Shown: positions 11,056 through 21,242, counted from the stretch's first letter. The stretch is DNA of 64,000 nt from Candidatus Omnitrophota bacterium (GCA_015494465.1 WGBD01000011.1:3553-67552), one strand, 5' to 3'. The notes: generated from the sequence alone by a model not told the origin. Numbers and translations are program-made.

Positions 11056-12153
11056 CTACAAGCTCAAACGGACCGTCCCTTCGGTGTAAAACGGATAGGA
11101 AAAGAGCCTCGCCTCCCAGTCCCCCCTTCCCTTCACCCGCACCACATCGCCTTCCTTAAAATCCACATCCACATAAGCAAGGCCTATGGCCAGACCCAAG
11201 GAAGGGCTGTAGGATCCAGAGGTAATCTCTCCTATCTCCTCACCTGCCTCGGAGAAGACCTTATCCCCGTGCCGGAACGGTCGTCTGGTCTCTGATCTGA
11301 CCCCGATAAGGCGCCGCTTGACGCCCTCTTCCTTCTCTCTCAGGAGTCTTGCCTTACCGACAAACTCCTTTTCCCAGTCCACGAACCTCTCCAGATTGGC
11401 GGAGATTGGACTGACCCCGGTGTGGATGTCCTGCCCGTAAAGGGGATACCCCACCTCCAGACGAAGGGTATCGCGGGCCCCCAGGCCCGCCGGCCTGACC
11501 AGAGGATGGGCCAGAAGGGCATCCCAGAGGTCGAGGACCCGGTCAGCGTCTATGTACAGCTCGTATCCCAACTCCCCGGTGTATCCGGTCCTGCTCACCA
11601 GAATGGGAAGTCCCTGCCAGCGTTCTTCTACGAAGCGAAAGTACCTCAATCCCCCCACATCCCATCCGAGCACGGCCTCTAGGACCTCTCGGGACCTCGG
11701 GCCCTGCAGGTCTACCTTGGCCAGTTCCGAGGTGCGATCGGAGAGACGCAGACCCTCCGGAAGATGGGAACCTATCCACTCGTAATCGCTCCCGGTGGTG
11801 CCGGCATTCACCACCAACATAAACCTATCCTCACCTAGACGATACACGACGAGGTCGTCCAGTATGCCCCCGTCCTCGTTTAACATAAGGGTATACCGGC
11901 ACTGCCCTACCTCCAGAGAGGAAATCCTGTTCGTTAATAACCCATCCAGAAATCGTACGGATTCCGGACCCTCCACCTCTAGCCTGCCCATGTGGGAGAC
12001 ATCAAAAAGCGAAGCATTCTCCCGCGTCCAGAGGTGTTCCTCCACTATGGAAGAATAAGACACCGGCAAAAGCCACCCGGAAAAGTTTATCATCCGGGCG
12101 CCCATCTCCCGGTGGCGGTCATAAAGTGGCGTCCTCTTACCGTCTAAAGACAT
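11056..12153 (-). CDS. gcvT: Aminomethyltransferase (glycine cleavage T protein)
   Basis: [20 protein letters not shown] and [18 protein letters not shown] motifs. Confidence 0.96.
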   Translation of the reverse strand: MSLDGKRTPLYDRHREMGARMINFSGWLLPVSYSSIVEEHLWTRENASLFDVSHMGRLEVEGPESVRFLDGLLTNRISSLEVGQCRYTLMLNEDGGILDDLVVYRLGEDRFMLVVNAGTTGSDYEWIGSHLPEGLRLSDRTSELAKVDLQGPRSREVLEAVLGWDVGGLRYFRFVEERWQGLPILVSRTGYTGELGYELYIDADRVLDLWDALLAHPLVRPAGLGARDTLRLEVGYPLYGQDIHTGVSPISANLERFVDWEKEFVGKARLLREKEEGVKRRLIGVRSETRRPFRHGDKVFSEAGEEIGEITSGSYSPSLGLAIGLAYVDVDFKEGDVVRVKGRGDWEARLFSYPFYTEGTVRLSL

Positions 12154-12760
12154 CGCTCCTGAGTATCTCCCTGACCAGCGCGAACTTCAGTGCCTCTCTA
12201 TCCACCTCTCCGCCGCCGGGCCTCTTTATCTGCCCGAAACGGCCCTCTTCACCACAGGGGTACACCATCTCGTTGACCTCAGGATCCAGACGATAGGTGA
12301 TACCTGCGCCGTGATACACCCAAAAACGCCTGCAGGCCACACCAAACGAGGCCACTTTCTCCCTGCCCATCCAGAGCCCGTTGTCCCTTTCTTCAACCTC
12401 GACCCCCGATCTCTCCAAGGCCCGGCGGACTACATCCACCAGCTCCCGGAAGTATCTGGACAGTCCAAGACCAAGGGCCCTAAGGTTGAAGACCGGATAG
12501 AGCATAAGTTGTCCGGGAAAGTGGGCAGTGATACTGCCTCCTCTATCCGTCTTCACAACTGGCCAACCAACCTCTTTCGTCCTGAACATCCTGCCCTTGG
12601 GCGTGCGACCGACGGTTATGACCCGGGGATGCTCACAGAAAAACACCCTCACCTTGTTGTCAATCTCCCCGGAGATAAGGCGCTGGGCCTCATCCATCCA
12701 GCGCGAATAATCTACAAGACCGATGTCTTTAAACTCGATGTCGAGGAAACATCCAGCCAA
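12137..12760 (-). CDS. lipB: Octanoyltransferase LipB
   Basis: EHPRVITVGR, TDRGGSITAHFPGQL, KVASFG and PCG motifs; adjacent to the gcv genes. Confidence 0.85.
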   Translation of the reverse strand: MAGCFLDIEFKDIGLVDYSRWMDEAQRLISGEIDNKVRVFFCEHPRVITVGRTPKGRMFRTKEVGWPVVKTDRGGSITAHFPGQLMLYPVFNLRALGLGLSRYFRELVDVVRRALERSGVEVEERDNGLWMGREKVASFGVACRRFWVYHGAGITYRLDPEVNEMVYPCGEEGRFGQIKRPGGGEVDREALKFALVREILRSDVFRR

Positions 12761-12761
12761 T

Positions 12762-13148
12762 TCACTTCTCTAATCTCTTGATGAGGTATCCCATTATCTT
12801 CACTGCTGTGTCCACATCGGGCAGTAACTTGGCCATCTTCCTCGCCTTTACCAGCGTATTGGTGCCTGCAGGTTTACCCTCCACCTGGATCTGCACATAA
12901 TCCTTACCGAAGACCTTCTCCGCGTAGATTATCCCCTTTTCCTTGTCTATTTTCACTATCTCACCGTTCTGAGACAGGTAATCTATACAGGTCTTCCACA
13001 CCTCCTGCAGGTCCGCGGAGAAGGTGTACTCCACCGAATCGTCGGATATTATCACACCTCCCAGCATACCGCCACCCAGCAGGGCAGCGGTGCAACCCGC
13101 AGACAAGAACACCCCCGCCAACATGCCAAGACCGACCAACCACCTCAT
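12762..13148 (-). CDS. Small lipoprotein (DUF3568-like)
   Basis: Lipobox LSAGC followed by a Gly-rich segment; family assignment is by resemblance only. Confidence 0.65.
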   Translation of the reverse strand: MRWLVGLGMLAGVFLSAGCTAALLGGGMLGGVIISDDSVEYTFSADLQEVWKTCIDYLSQNGEIVKIDKEKGIIYAEKVFGKDYVQIQVEGKPAGTNTLVKARKMAKLLPDVDTAVKIMGYLIKRLEK

Positions 13149-14254
13149 AGTCCCCTCCTGGAAATCACCTTTACCACCTGTCTGGCTATCATCAACTCCT
13201 CGTCGGTAGGTATGACCAGTATCTCGGGTTGCTTCTTAAACAGGCCCTTTACCGCCCGCCTCACGAACTGGCGCACCTCCGCCACATGCTCACCTATCCC
13301 CCCGGTGAACACTATCGCATCCACCCTACCCAACACCACCGCATAGGCACCGATGTACTTCAGTAGCCTGTACTTAAAGACCTCTATCGCAAGGCCTGCC
13401 CGCTCGTTCCCCTTCTTTCTGGCCTGCATGAGGTCGCGGAAGTCGTTGCTCACCCCGGAGAGGCCCTTTAGCCCGCTCTCCTTGTTGAGGACCTTGTCGA
13501 CCTCGTCGGGCGAAAGGGAAAGTTGCCTCTGCAGGAATATCACCAGCGCAGGATCCAGATCGCCCGAGCGCGTACCCATTACCAGGCCCTCCAGAGGGGT
13601 AAAGCCCATAGAGGTGTCCACCGACTTGCCACCCTTGACCGCAGTGATACTGCAACCGTTCCCCAGATGACAGGTAATCAGATTGAGCCTGCTCAATGGC
13701 TTCTTCAACAACTCGCTAGCCCGCAGGCTGACATAGTGATGGCTGGTCCCGTGGAATCCGTACCGCCTCACCCCGTAGCGGGAATAGTATTCAAACGGTA
13801 GCGCATACATATAGGCCCTCTCAGGGATAGTGGAGTGGAAGGCCGTGTCGAAAACTGCCACTTGGGGGACATTGGGTAGGAGTTTCTTGCAGGCGATTAT
13901 ACCTTCCAAATTTGCAGGGTTGTGGAGAGGAGCAAGTTTAAATAGTTCGCGTATCTTGTTTATCACCTTATTATCTATCCGGGTCGGCTTGATAAAGGCC
14001 TCGCCCCCGTGAACCACCCGATGCCCGACTGCGTAGATCTCCCATCTGTCTATCCCTGCGGAGAACATCTGTTGAAAGGCCAGTTCCAGGGCCTGATGGT
14101 GATCCCTGACCTCTGATCCCTTCTCTCCGATGTGTTCTATAAGTCCCTTTGCCCTAACCTGTTCCTCAGGAAAGGAGAAGAGTTTGAACTTCAGAGAGGA
14201 GCTCCCGCAGTTTACGGTGAGTATCAGTCTGTCATTCTTCTTTTTCCTGCCCAT
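13145..14254 (-). CDS. ackA: Acetate kinase
   Basis: NCGSSSLK, GHRVVHGG, APLHNP, YGFHGTSH, HLGNG and TDEE motifs; start reset to MGRKKK at 14254. Confidence 0.96.
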   Translation of the reverse strand: MGRKKKNDRLILTVNCGSSSLKFKLFSFPEEQVRAKGLIEHIGEKGSEVRDHHQALELAFQQMFSAGIDRWEIYAVGHRVVHGGEAFIKPTRIDNKVINKIRELFKLAPLHNPANLEGIIACKKLLPNVPQVAVFDTAFHSTIPERAYMYALPFEYYSRYGVRRYGFHGTSHHYVSLRASELLKKPLSRLNLITCHLGNGCSITAVKGGKSVDTSMGFTPLEGLVMGTRSGDLDPALVIFLQRQLSLSPDEVDKVLNKESGLKGLSGVSNDFRDLMQARKKGNERAGLAIEVFKYRLLKYIGAYAVVLGRVDAIVFTGGIGEHVAEVRQFVRRAVKGLFKKQPEILVIPTDEELMIARQVVKVISRRGL

Positions 14255-15197
14255 AACCCCAGTTGTTCGCGCGCAACACGGTAATCGCCACGCAGTCCAC
14301 GATGTCGTCCACCGAACAGCCCCGGGACAGATCACTGCAAGGCCTCGCCCCGCCCATTATTATCGGACCTATTGCCCTCGCCTTGGCGAGTCTTTCTACC
14401 AGCTTGTAGGAGATGTTGCCTGCGTTCAGGTCGGGGAATATCAGGACATTTGCCCGACCAGCCACCGGACTGTCCTTTACTTTGTGCTGGGCCACCTCAG
14501 GAACGATTGCGGAGTCCACCTGCAGTTCCCCGTCGATGGCCACCTCTGGGGCCATGTCCTTGGCCAGGGCAACCGCCTTTCTCACCTTGTCCACCTCCGG
14601 GCCCTCAGCACTCCCCTTTGAGGAATAACTCAAGAACGCTACCCGGGGCTCCACCTCCAGGACCTCTCGGGTCAGACGGGCGGTGGACACGCCGATGTGG
14701 GCGAGTTGCTTCTCGTTGGGCATCGGAACCACCGCGCAATCGGCAAAGACCAAGACCCCGTTCTCCCCGTAACGGGAATCCGGTACCACCATAAAAAAGG
14801 CACCGCATATAACCCTTGCTCGAGGGGCAAGCCCTATGCAGTACAGGACCGCCCGCACCACATCCGCAGTCGTGTTTACCGCACCTGCAACGAACCCGTC
14901 TGCATTCCCGTGCCGGACCTCCATCGCTGCATAAAAGAGAGGGTTCTCCATGTAGGCCCGGGCGGACTCCGGAGTGACGCCCTTGGCCTTGCGGAGCTCG
15001 TAAAACTCCTCGGTGTACCTCTGTACCTTTTCCGGATCCAGGTTGTCCTTGGAGAGTTTTATCAGACGGGCAATCCCCTCGGATTCAATTATCTTGGAAG
15101 CCTCCTGCATGCGGGGATCTTCCATCTCGGGGAGGATTATGGTGCGGGGGTTCTCTTTGGCTTTGGATCTTATCCGGGAAACGAAGGCATCTGCCAT
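14232..15197 (-). CDS. pta: Phosphate acetyltransferase
   Basis: FADCAV, DGELQVDSA, FPDLNAGNISYK and DLSRGCS motifs; GAGGTG SD before ATG 15197. Confidence 0.96.
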   Translation of the reverse strand: MADAFVSRIRSKAKENPRTIILPEMEDPRMQEASKIIESEGIARLIKLSKDNLDPEKVQRYTEEFYELRKAKGVTPESARAYMENPLFYAAMEVRHGNADGFVAGAVNTTADVVRAVLYCIGLAPRARVICGAFFMVVPDSRYGENGVLVFADCAVVPMPNEKQLAHIGVSTARLTREVLEVEPRVAFLSYSSKGSAEGPEVDKVRKAVALAKDMAPEVAIDGELQVDSAIVPEVAQHKVKDSPVAGRANVLIFPDLNAGNISYKLVERLAKARAIGPIIMGGARPCSDLSRGCSVDDIVDCVAITVLRANNWGYGQEKEE

Positions 15198-15229
15198 ACA
15201 CCACCTCTCTGATTGCAAAACGAGTTAAT

Positions 15230-15258
15230 ATCCTACTACCCTTTTGACCAACTGTCAA
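15230..15258 (-). promoter_or_regulatory. Putative sigma70 promoter for the pta-ackA-gcv unit
   Basis: TTGACA-17 nt-TAGGAT; the -35 box contains the pheT TGA stop. Confidence 0.7.
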
Positions 15259-17249
15259 ATGCGCAGTTCCACCCCGAGGGCCTTTAAGCCCTCCATAATC
15301 TCCCCAACGAAGCGGTTTACCTCCTCGTCGGTGAGGGTGCGATCCTCCGCCCAGAACCTCAACCTGTAGGCGTAACTGTAGCGTCCCTCCTTTCGGAAGA
15401 CATCTATCAGCCTAACCTCTTTCAAGAACTCCCCTCCCCGACGCTGCATCTCCTCCACGAGGTCCTGATGACTTATGCGGGAGGTATCCACCCACATACT
15501 CAGATCCCTCTCTACCGCTGGAAAGTTGGGAAGCGGACGATACCTCTTTTGAGAACCCAAAAGGGGTTTTAACACCTTCTCCAGATCCAGCCTCAGGAAG
15601 AATACCGGATCCTTCAGGTCAAACTCCTGCGATACCCTCTTGCGGACCTTTCCCACATCTCCGACCCGCTCACCGTCAACGAGGACCTCTGCATAGGAGG
15701 CAAACCTCCTGTCCTTCTTGGGAACGAACTTCTCCTTTCCCTTAAAGAGATCCTGTAGCACCACCCGCACCTGGGCATAGGCGGATCCCATGTCCCTTGC
15801 CATAGAGACCAAGGCCAGTTCCAGACGCTCCTTGCAGAGCGTATCCCCGGAGAGGACCTGAGATATCTCGTAAAGTTTTACCTCCTTTACCCCTCGCGAG
15901 GCATTGTAGCGGAGGGAAGACAACAGGCCCGGCAACGCAGAGGGACGCAGATAGGTGTAATCCCTGCTTATGGTATTGGAGACCTTCAACAAGCGCTCTC
16001 CGGGAAACAGGAGTTCCGCCTGTTTTCCGGATATAAGGGAGAAACTTATGCACTCAAAGTAGCCCCTAGCCTGGAGGATCTGCGCTATCTCCCGTAAGGT
16101 CCTCTCTCTGGGACTGAACTCCCCCCTCAAACTGTTGGCCTTTATACAGGGCAGGTCCGAGGGTAGTTTGTCGTATCCGTATATCCTCAGGACCTCCTCC
16201 ACCAGGTCCTCGGGTATACCCACATCGAACCGGAACGAGGGAACAGCGACATCGAAGGTCTTGCCTATCCGCTTTACCTTAAACCCAAGATGAGAAAGTA
16301 TCTCCTCCTGCTCTTTAACCGGCACCTTCACCCCGGTTAACTCCTCCACCGTCGAAAATGGGAGGCTAACTATCCGCTTCTGACTGGGATCGTACCTGTC
16401 GTACACCTTCGCCCCTACGATCCTGCCCCCGCACAGGCGCACTATCATATCGCCTGCGAGATAACAGGCCTTCTCCACCCCCACGGGATCTACCCCCCGT
16501 TCGAAGCGATAGGAGGCCTCGGTGGATATGCCCAACCTCTGTCTGGTGCGCCTTATGGGGACTCTGGGGAAGAGCGCGGACTCCAAAAGTATCCGGGTGG
16601 TGCCCCTGCCTTGTCCGGACAGTGGAGGGGTTATCTCACTGCTGAGTCCACCGATTATCCCCGCCAAGGCGACCGGAGAGACGGCATCCGCTATCACTAT
16701 GTCCTCGGGGCTTAATATTCTCTCTTTGTGGTCTATGGTCTCTATCTTCTCGCCCTTGCGCGCCCGCCTGACCCTCAGCAGGCCACCGTTTATACGGTCG
16801 AAGTCAAAGGCGTGCAGGGGCTGTCCGAACAGGAGCATCACATAATTGGTGATGTCCACGACATTGTTGACGGGGTTTATCCCGCAACAGAGGAGCCTCT
16901 TCTGGAGCCAATCCGGAGACGGACCGACCTCTACCCCGTCTATCCTGAGGCCAAAGTACCTCAGGGCGCAGTCCTCCTCCACCTCCAACTCGAAGTCTCC
17001 GTCCTTCAGCTCCAGATCCGGGACCTCCGGCAGGCGCAACCGACTCCTTGCCAAGGCGGAGACCTCCCTGCCAATGCCTATCACCGAAAGCCAGTCCGGT
17101 CGGTTGCTGGTTATCTCCACCTCAATGCTGGGAAGTTCGCAGGGGACCACCCAGGCATTCAGCCCGGCCATCGTCAACCTGTCCGCCAACTCCTCTGCGG
17201 ACCAGTCGAAGTCCACTAATTCCTTCAACCAATCAAGGCTAACTCGCAT
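15255..17249 (-). CDS. pheT: Phenylalanine--tRNA ligase beta subunit (short form)
   Basis: ITSNRPD, NNVVDITNY, GQPLHAFD, RFERG, DLVEEVLRIYGY motifs and C-terminal FPAVERDL...RTLTDEEV. Confidence 0.95.
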   Translation of the reverse strand: MRVSLDWLKELVDFDWSAEELADRLTMAGLNAWVVPCELPSIEVEITSNRPDWLSVIGIGREVSALARSRLRLPEVPDLELKDGDFELEVEEDCALRYFGLRIDGVEVGPSPDWLQKRLLCCGINPVNNVVDITNYVMLLFGQPLHAFDFDRINGGLLRVRRARKGEKIETIDHKERILSPEDIVIADAVSPVALAGIIGGLSSEITPPLSGQGRGTTRILLESALFPRVPIRRTRQRLGISTEASYRFERGVDPVGVEKACYLAGDMIVRLCGGRIVGAKVYDRYDPSQKRIVSLPFSTVEELTGVKVPVKEQEEILSHLGFKVKRIGKTFDVAVPSFRFDVGIPEDLVEEVLRIYGYDKLPSDLPCIKANSLRGEFSPRERTLREIAQILQARGYFECISFSLISGKQAELLFPGERLLKVSNTISRDYTYLRPSALPGLLSSLRYNASRGVKEVKLYEISQVLSGDTLCKERLELALVSMARDMGSAYAQVRVVLQDLFKGKEKFVPKKDRRFASYAEVLVDGERVGDVGKVRKRVSQEFDLKDPVFFLRLDLEKVLKPLLGSQKRYRPLPNFPAVERDLSMWVDTSRISHQDLVEEMQRRGGEFLKEVRLIDVFRKEGRYSYAYRLRFWAEDRTLTDEEVNRFVGEIMEGLKALGVELRI

Positions 17250-17261
17250 AATCACCCCGTC

Positions 17262-18299
17262 CTAAAACTGCCTCAGGAACCGCACATCCCCGGTGTAAAA
17301 CAGGCGTATGTCCGGGATGCCGTATCTCAACATACACATCCTCTCCACCCCAAGGCCAAAGGCAATTCCCGTCAAGCCCTCGCTACCGCTGGGTATGTTG
17401 GCAAGGACCTTGGGGTGGATCATCCCGCACCCCAAGACCTCTATCCATCCGGTCCCCTTACACACCGAACAGCCCTTTCCCTTGCAGAACATACAGGAGA
17501 CATCCACCTCGGCAGAGGGCTCGGTAAACGGGAAGTAATGGGGGCGGAACCTTAATTCCACCGAGCGATCAAAGAACCTGCGGGCGAACTCCCAAAGGAC
17601 CGCCTTGAGGTGATAGAACTTTATCCCCCTATCCACCGCAAATCCCTCTATCTGGTGGAACATAAAACTGTGGCTGGAATCCACTGCATCCGGGCGATAC
17701 ACCCTACCCGGGACCACCACCGCAAACGGTGGCTCGTACGCCTCCATTATCCTCACCTGCATTGGAGAGGTATGACTCCGCAACAGGTACCTGCCCTTCT
17801 CTTTATCCGCAGGTAGATCCAGATAAAACGTGTCAAAGGCATCCCGCGAGGGGTGAGTGATGTCTATGTTAAGGGCGCTGAAGTTGTAGAACTCCTGCTC
17901 TATCTCCGGACCGGTGGCAAGGGCGAAACCCAACTCCTCAAATATGGACACGATCTCCTCTATCGTCTGGGTAATGATGTGCGGTCGCCCTAGATCGGGC
18001 AAAAAGGCGGGGAGGCTGAGGTCAGGGATCTCCTCTTCCGCCTCCTGGAGGAGGTTGCGCTTCTCGCTTATCCACTCCTCAAAGGCCCGCTTGATCTTAT
18101 TGGCGAACTGGCCCAGTTCCCGTCTCTCTTCGGCGGGGGCCTTCTTTACAAAGTCGAAAAGGGCCTTTATCGGCCCTTTCTTGCCCAGAAACTCGGTTCT
18201 TATCTTCTCCAGTTCCCCCGAAGGGATGATAGCAGGATAACGCGACCTTAACTCTTCTAAGGCCTTCTCCAGTCTCTTTACTTCTTCCCGCCAATCCAT
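17262..18299 (-). CDS. pheS: Phenylalanine--tRNA ligase alpha subunit
   Basis: HPSRDAFDTFY, LRSHTSP, FHQIEG, FPFTEPS and FGLGVER motifs; start reset to MDWREE at 18299. Confidence 0.96.
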   Translation of the reverse strand: MDWREEVKRLEKALEELRSRYPAIIPSGELEKIRTEFLGKKGPIKALFDFVKKAPAEERRELGQFANKIKRAFEEWISEKRNLLQEAEEEIPDLSLPAFLPDLGRPHIITQTIEEIVSIFEELGFALATGPEIEQEFYNFSALNIDITHPSRDAFDTFYLDLPADKEKGRYLLRSHTSPMQVRIMEAYEPPFAVVVPGRVYRPDAVDSSHSFMFHQIEGFAVDRGIKFYHLKAVLWEFARRFFDRSVELRFRPHYFPFTEPSAEVDVSCMFCKGKGCSVCKGTGWIEVLGCGMIHPKVLANIPSGSEGLTGIAFGLGVERMCMLRYGIPDIRLFYTGDVRFLRQF

Positions 18300-18310
18300 A
18301 AGGTGCCGGA

Positions 18311-18658
18311 TCAGGACTGATTGGCAAGTTCCACCAACTGGGCAAAGTCGTCGGGATGATTGACCGCCAACTCCGCCAGTATCTTCCTGTCCAGGGCAAC
18401 GCCCTTCTTCTTCAGACCGTCTATAAACTTGCTGTAGGAGGTACCGAGGGCCTTGCAGGCGGCACTTATCCTGACGATCCAGAGCCTGCGGAACATTCGC
18501 TTGCGGGTGCGCCTGTCCCTGTAGGCATAGCGCAACGCCCTCATCACCGTCTCGTGCACCCTGCGATAATGGGACTTGCGGGCCCCCCAATAGCCCTTTG
18601 CCATCTTGCGCCACTTCTTGTGACGGGCGCGTTTGGTAACCGAGGTCTTTATCCTCAT
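18311..18658 (-). CDS. rplT: 50S ribosomal protein L20
   Basis: AKGYWG, YAYRDR, FRRLWIVRI and LDRKILAELA motifs. Confidence 0.97.
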   Translation of the reverse strand: MRIKTSVTKRARHKKWRKMAKGYWGARKSHYRRVHETVMRALRYAYRDRRTRKRMFRRLWIVRISAACKALGTSYSKFIDGLKKKGVALDRKILAELAVNHPDDFAQLVELANQS

Positions 18659-18677
18659 CTATTCCTCACCCCTTTCC

Positions 18678-18872
18678 CTACTCGTTCACCAACTGTTTAA
18701 TCGTCTTTGCCTGCTCTCCCTTGATCTGCCCCTTCTTTCTAAGCCTGCGCATCCTCTTGGAGGGCTTCCCGGTTAAGAGGTGCCTCCTTCCCGCCTTGGC
18801 GTGGAGGACCTTGCCTTTGGCACTCACCTTGAACCGCTTCTTCGCACCTTTATGCGTCTTCACCTTGGGCAT
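18678..18872 (-). CDS. rpmI: 50S ribosomal protein L35
   Basis: MPKVKTHKGAKKRFK; lies between infC and rplT. Confidence 0.97.
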   Translation of the reverse strand: MPKVKTHKGAKKRFKVSAKGKVLHAKAGRRHLLTGKPSKRMRRLRKKGQIKGEQAKTIKQLVNE

Positions 18873-18874
18873 AA

Positions 18875-19459
18875 TCAGTCTCCTTTCTCCTCACTGGACA
18901 CGGCAACCGCATCGGTATCCGCCTTTGATTCGCTCCGGTTTTTCTTCTTTCCCGGAGCCATTATCACCGTCAAGTTGTTGCCTTCCCAGCGCTTATCCCT
19001 ATCCACTTGGGCAATGTCGGATAAAGATTCTATCACATTATTTAATAAATTTTCACCAATTTCTTTATGGGCCAGATCCCTTCCCCGAAACATAAGGGTC
19101 ATCTTCACCTTGTGTCCGTCCTCGAGGAATTCCCGGGCGTGCTTGACCTTTATTTCCAGATCGTGCTTGTCTATTCGGGCCTTAAAGCGTATCTCCTTGA
19201 GCTGGCTCTGCTTTTGATGCTTTTTTGCCTCCCTCTCCTTCTTCTTCTGCTCGTACTTGTACTTGTTGAAATCCATTATCCGACAGACCGGCGGATCTGC
19301 ATTCGGCGCCACCTCCACCAGATCCAGGTCCATCTCCTCTGCCTTCCTCAAGGCCTCGTAGACCTTCATTATCCCCAACTGCTGTCCGTCCGGACCTATC
19401 ACCCTAACCCTTGGACAGCGTATCTCGTGATTTATCCGGATCTGTCTCTCGTTGAAAAT
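18875..19459 (-). CDS. infC: Translation initiation factor IF-3 (ATT start)
   Basis: In-frame upstream extension (I)FNERQIRINHEIRCPRVRV from ATT at 19459, 5 nt after GGAGGT; DLVEVAPNADPPVCRIMD motif. Confidence 0.95.
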   Translation of the reverse strand: MFNERQIRINHEIRCPRVRVIGPDGQQLGIMKVYEALRKAEEMDLDLVEVAPNADPPVCRIMDFNKYKYEQKKKEREAKKHQKQSQLKEIRFKARIDKHDLEIKVKHAREFLEDGHKVKMTLMFRGRDLAHKEIGENLLNNVIESLSDIAQVDRDKRWEGNNLTVIMAPGKKKNRSESKADTDAVAVSSEEKGD

Positions 19460-19473
19460 GGTCCACCTCCTTT

Positions 19474-21189
19474 TTACAGGTTCTCCCGCTCCTTTACCAA
19501 ACCCACGAACTCCTCCAGCGACATCACACCCTCGTCCCTTTTGCCCCGGGCCCTGACCGAGACCTTCCCCTCCGCCTGCTCCTTTTCGCCGACGACGAGC
19601 ATGTAAGGGACCTTCTGCTTCTCTGCGGTGCGTATCTTCTTGGGCAGGGTCTCGGAACCGTCGTCCACGCTTACACGCCAGTTCTCCCTCTCCTCTATCC
19701 GCCTTGCCACCTCCCTTGCGTAGTCCAGGAACCTATCCGAGACCGGCAGTACCCGAACCTGCTCCGGGGCGAGCCAGAAGGGAAAGGCCCCTGCGTAGTG
19801 TTCAATCAGGGTACCTATGAAGCGCTCTATGCTCCCCAGCACGACACGATGTATCATTATCGGGCGGTGAGGCCTGCCGTCCTTGTCTATGTACTCCAGT
19901 TGAAACCTTTCCGGCAGGGAGAAGTCGCACTGGATGGTCGCGCACTGCCAGGAACGCCCGATGGCGTCCTTCAACTTCACATCTATCTTGGGCCCGTAAA
20001 AGGCCCCCTCTCCAGGATTTATCCGGTAATCGATCCCCCGGACCTCCAAGGCCTTCTTGAGGGCATCTGTAGCCCTCTCCCAGTTCTCCTCACTGCCTAT
20101 GTACTCGTCCGGTCGGGTGCTTATCTCCATCTCCACATCCTCAAAGCCGAAAACCTTCAAGACATCCCGGACGAAATCCACCACCCCTCCTATCTCCTCC
20201 TCCAACTGATCCGCGCGACAGAATATGTGGGCGTCGTCCTGAGTAAAGCCTCTCACCCGCAACAGGCCGTGCAGTACACCAGCGCGCTCGTACCTGTAGA
20301 CGGTGCCCAACTCGAACAACCTTATCGGAAGATCCCGATAACTGCGTATCTTGGACTTGTAGACCATGATGTGGCCGGGGCAGTTCATCGGCTTTATCCC
20401 GTACTCCTTGCCCTCTATCTCAAACATAAACATGTTTTCCCGGTAGTAGTCGTAATGCCCGGATATCTTCCAGATGTCCGCCTTCATTATGTGGGGAATG
20501 ACCACCAGTTGGTATCCCCGCCTCAGGTGTTCCTTCTTCAGGAAGTCCTCCAGTATTGACCTTACCATCGCGCCCTTGGGGTGCCATATCACCAGTCCCG
20601 GGCCTATCTCGTCGTAAAAGTCAAACAATTCCAGTTCCCTGCCGAGTCTGCGGTGGTCCCTGCGCTTGGCCTCTTCCAGACGGCGCAGGTATTCTTTTAG
20701 TTCCTCTTCGTTCTCAAAGGCGGTGCCGTAGATCCTCTGAAGCATGGGACGATTCTCGTCCCCCCGCCAATAGGCACCCGCAACCGACAGGAGTTTGAAG
20801 GCCTTCACCTCGCCGGTGCTCTTCACATGCGGACCCCGGCAGAGGTCTATAAAGTCGCCGTCCCTGTAGAAGGAGATTGTCTCGCCCTCGGGGATCTCCT
20901 CCAAGAGTTCCAGTTTGAAGTCCTCGCCTGCCTCCCGAAGTATGCGTCTGGCTTCTTCACGAGAGGTCTCTATCCTCTCGAAAGGATAGTTCTCCTTTAC
21001 GATCCTGCGCATCTCTTTCTCTATACGCTTGAGGTCCTCGGGAGTAAAGCCCTCGGGGTAGTAGAAGTCGTAGTAAAAACCATCCTCTATCGCAGGGCCT
21101 ATCCCCAGTTTAACTCCCGGATAGAGACGCTTTACCGCCTGCGCCAGTATGTGAGAGGCGCTGTGTCTTAAGGTATCCAATCGGTCCAT
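19474..21189 (-). CDS. thrS: Threonine--tRNA ligase (lacks the N-terminal TGS domain)
   Basis: [35 protein letters not shown] and AFYGPKID motifs; start reset to MDRLDT at 21189. Confidence 0.96.
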   Translation of the reverse strand: MDRLDTLRHSASHILAQAVKRLYPGVKLGIGPAIEDGFYYDFYYPEGFTPEDLKRIEKEMRRIVKENYPFERIETSREEARRILREAGEDFKLELLEEIPEGETISFYRDGDFIDLCRGPHVKSTGEVKAFKLLSVAGAYWRGDENRPMLQRIYGTAFENEEELKEYLRRLEEAKRRDHRRLGRELELFDFYDEIGPGLVIWHPKGAMVRSILEDFLKKEHLRRGYQLVVIPHIMKADIWKISGHYDYYRENMFMFEIEGKEYGIKPMNCPGHIMVYKSKIRSYRDLPIRLFELGTVYRYERAGVLHGLLRVRGFTQDDAHIFCRADQLEEEIGGVVDFVRDVLKVFGFEDVEMEISTRPDEYIGSEENWERATDALKKALEVRGIDYRINPGEGAFYGPKIDVKLKDAIGRSWQCATIQCDFSLPERFQLEYIDKDGRPHRPIMIHRVVLGSIERFIGTLIEHYAGAFPFWLAPEQVRVLPVSDRFLDYAREVARRIEERENWRVSVDDGSETLPKKIRTAEKQKVPYMLVVGEKEQAEGKVSVRARGKRDEGVMSLEEFVGLVKERENL

Positions 21190-21219
21190 CTGATTCTCAT
21201 CCCCTTTCCCACAAAATAC

Positions 21220-21242
21220 AAAAAACCGGGAACCCTCCCGGT
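21220..21242 (-). terminator. Terminator-like hairpin between tRNA-Glu and thrS
   Basis: Minus strand ACCGGGA-GGGT-TCCCGGT followed by TTTTT. Confidence 0.7.

Noticed and set aside
18300-18614. N-terminal extension of the PheS ORF over rplT (similar extensions on ackA, thrS, pyrG, kdsB, PIN-PhoH, peptidase and ftsI)
   Set aside because: Longest-ORF artefacts; conserved sequence and, in most cases, an SD point to downstream starts
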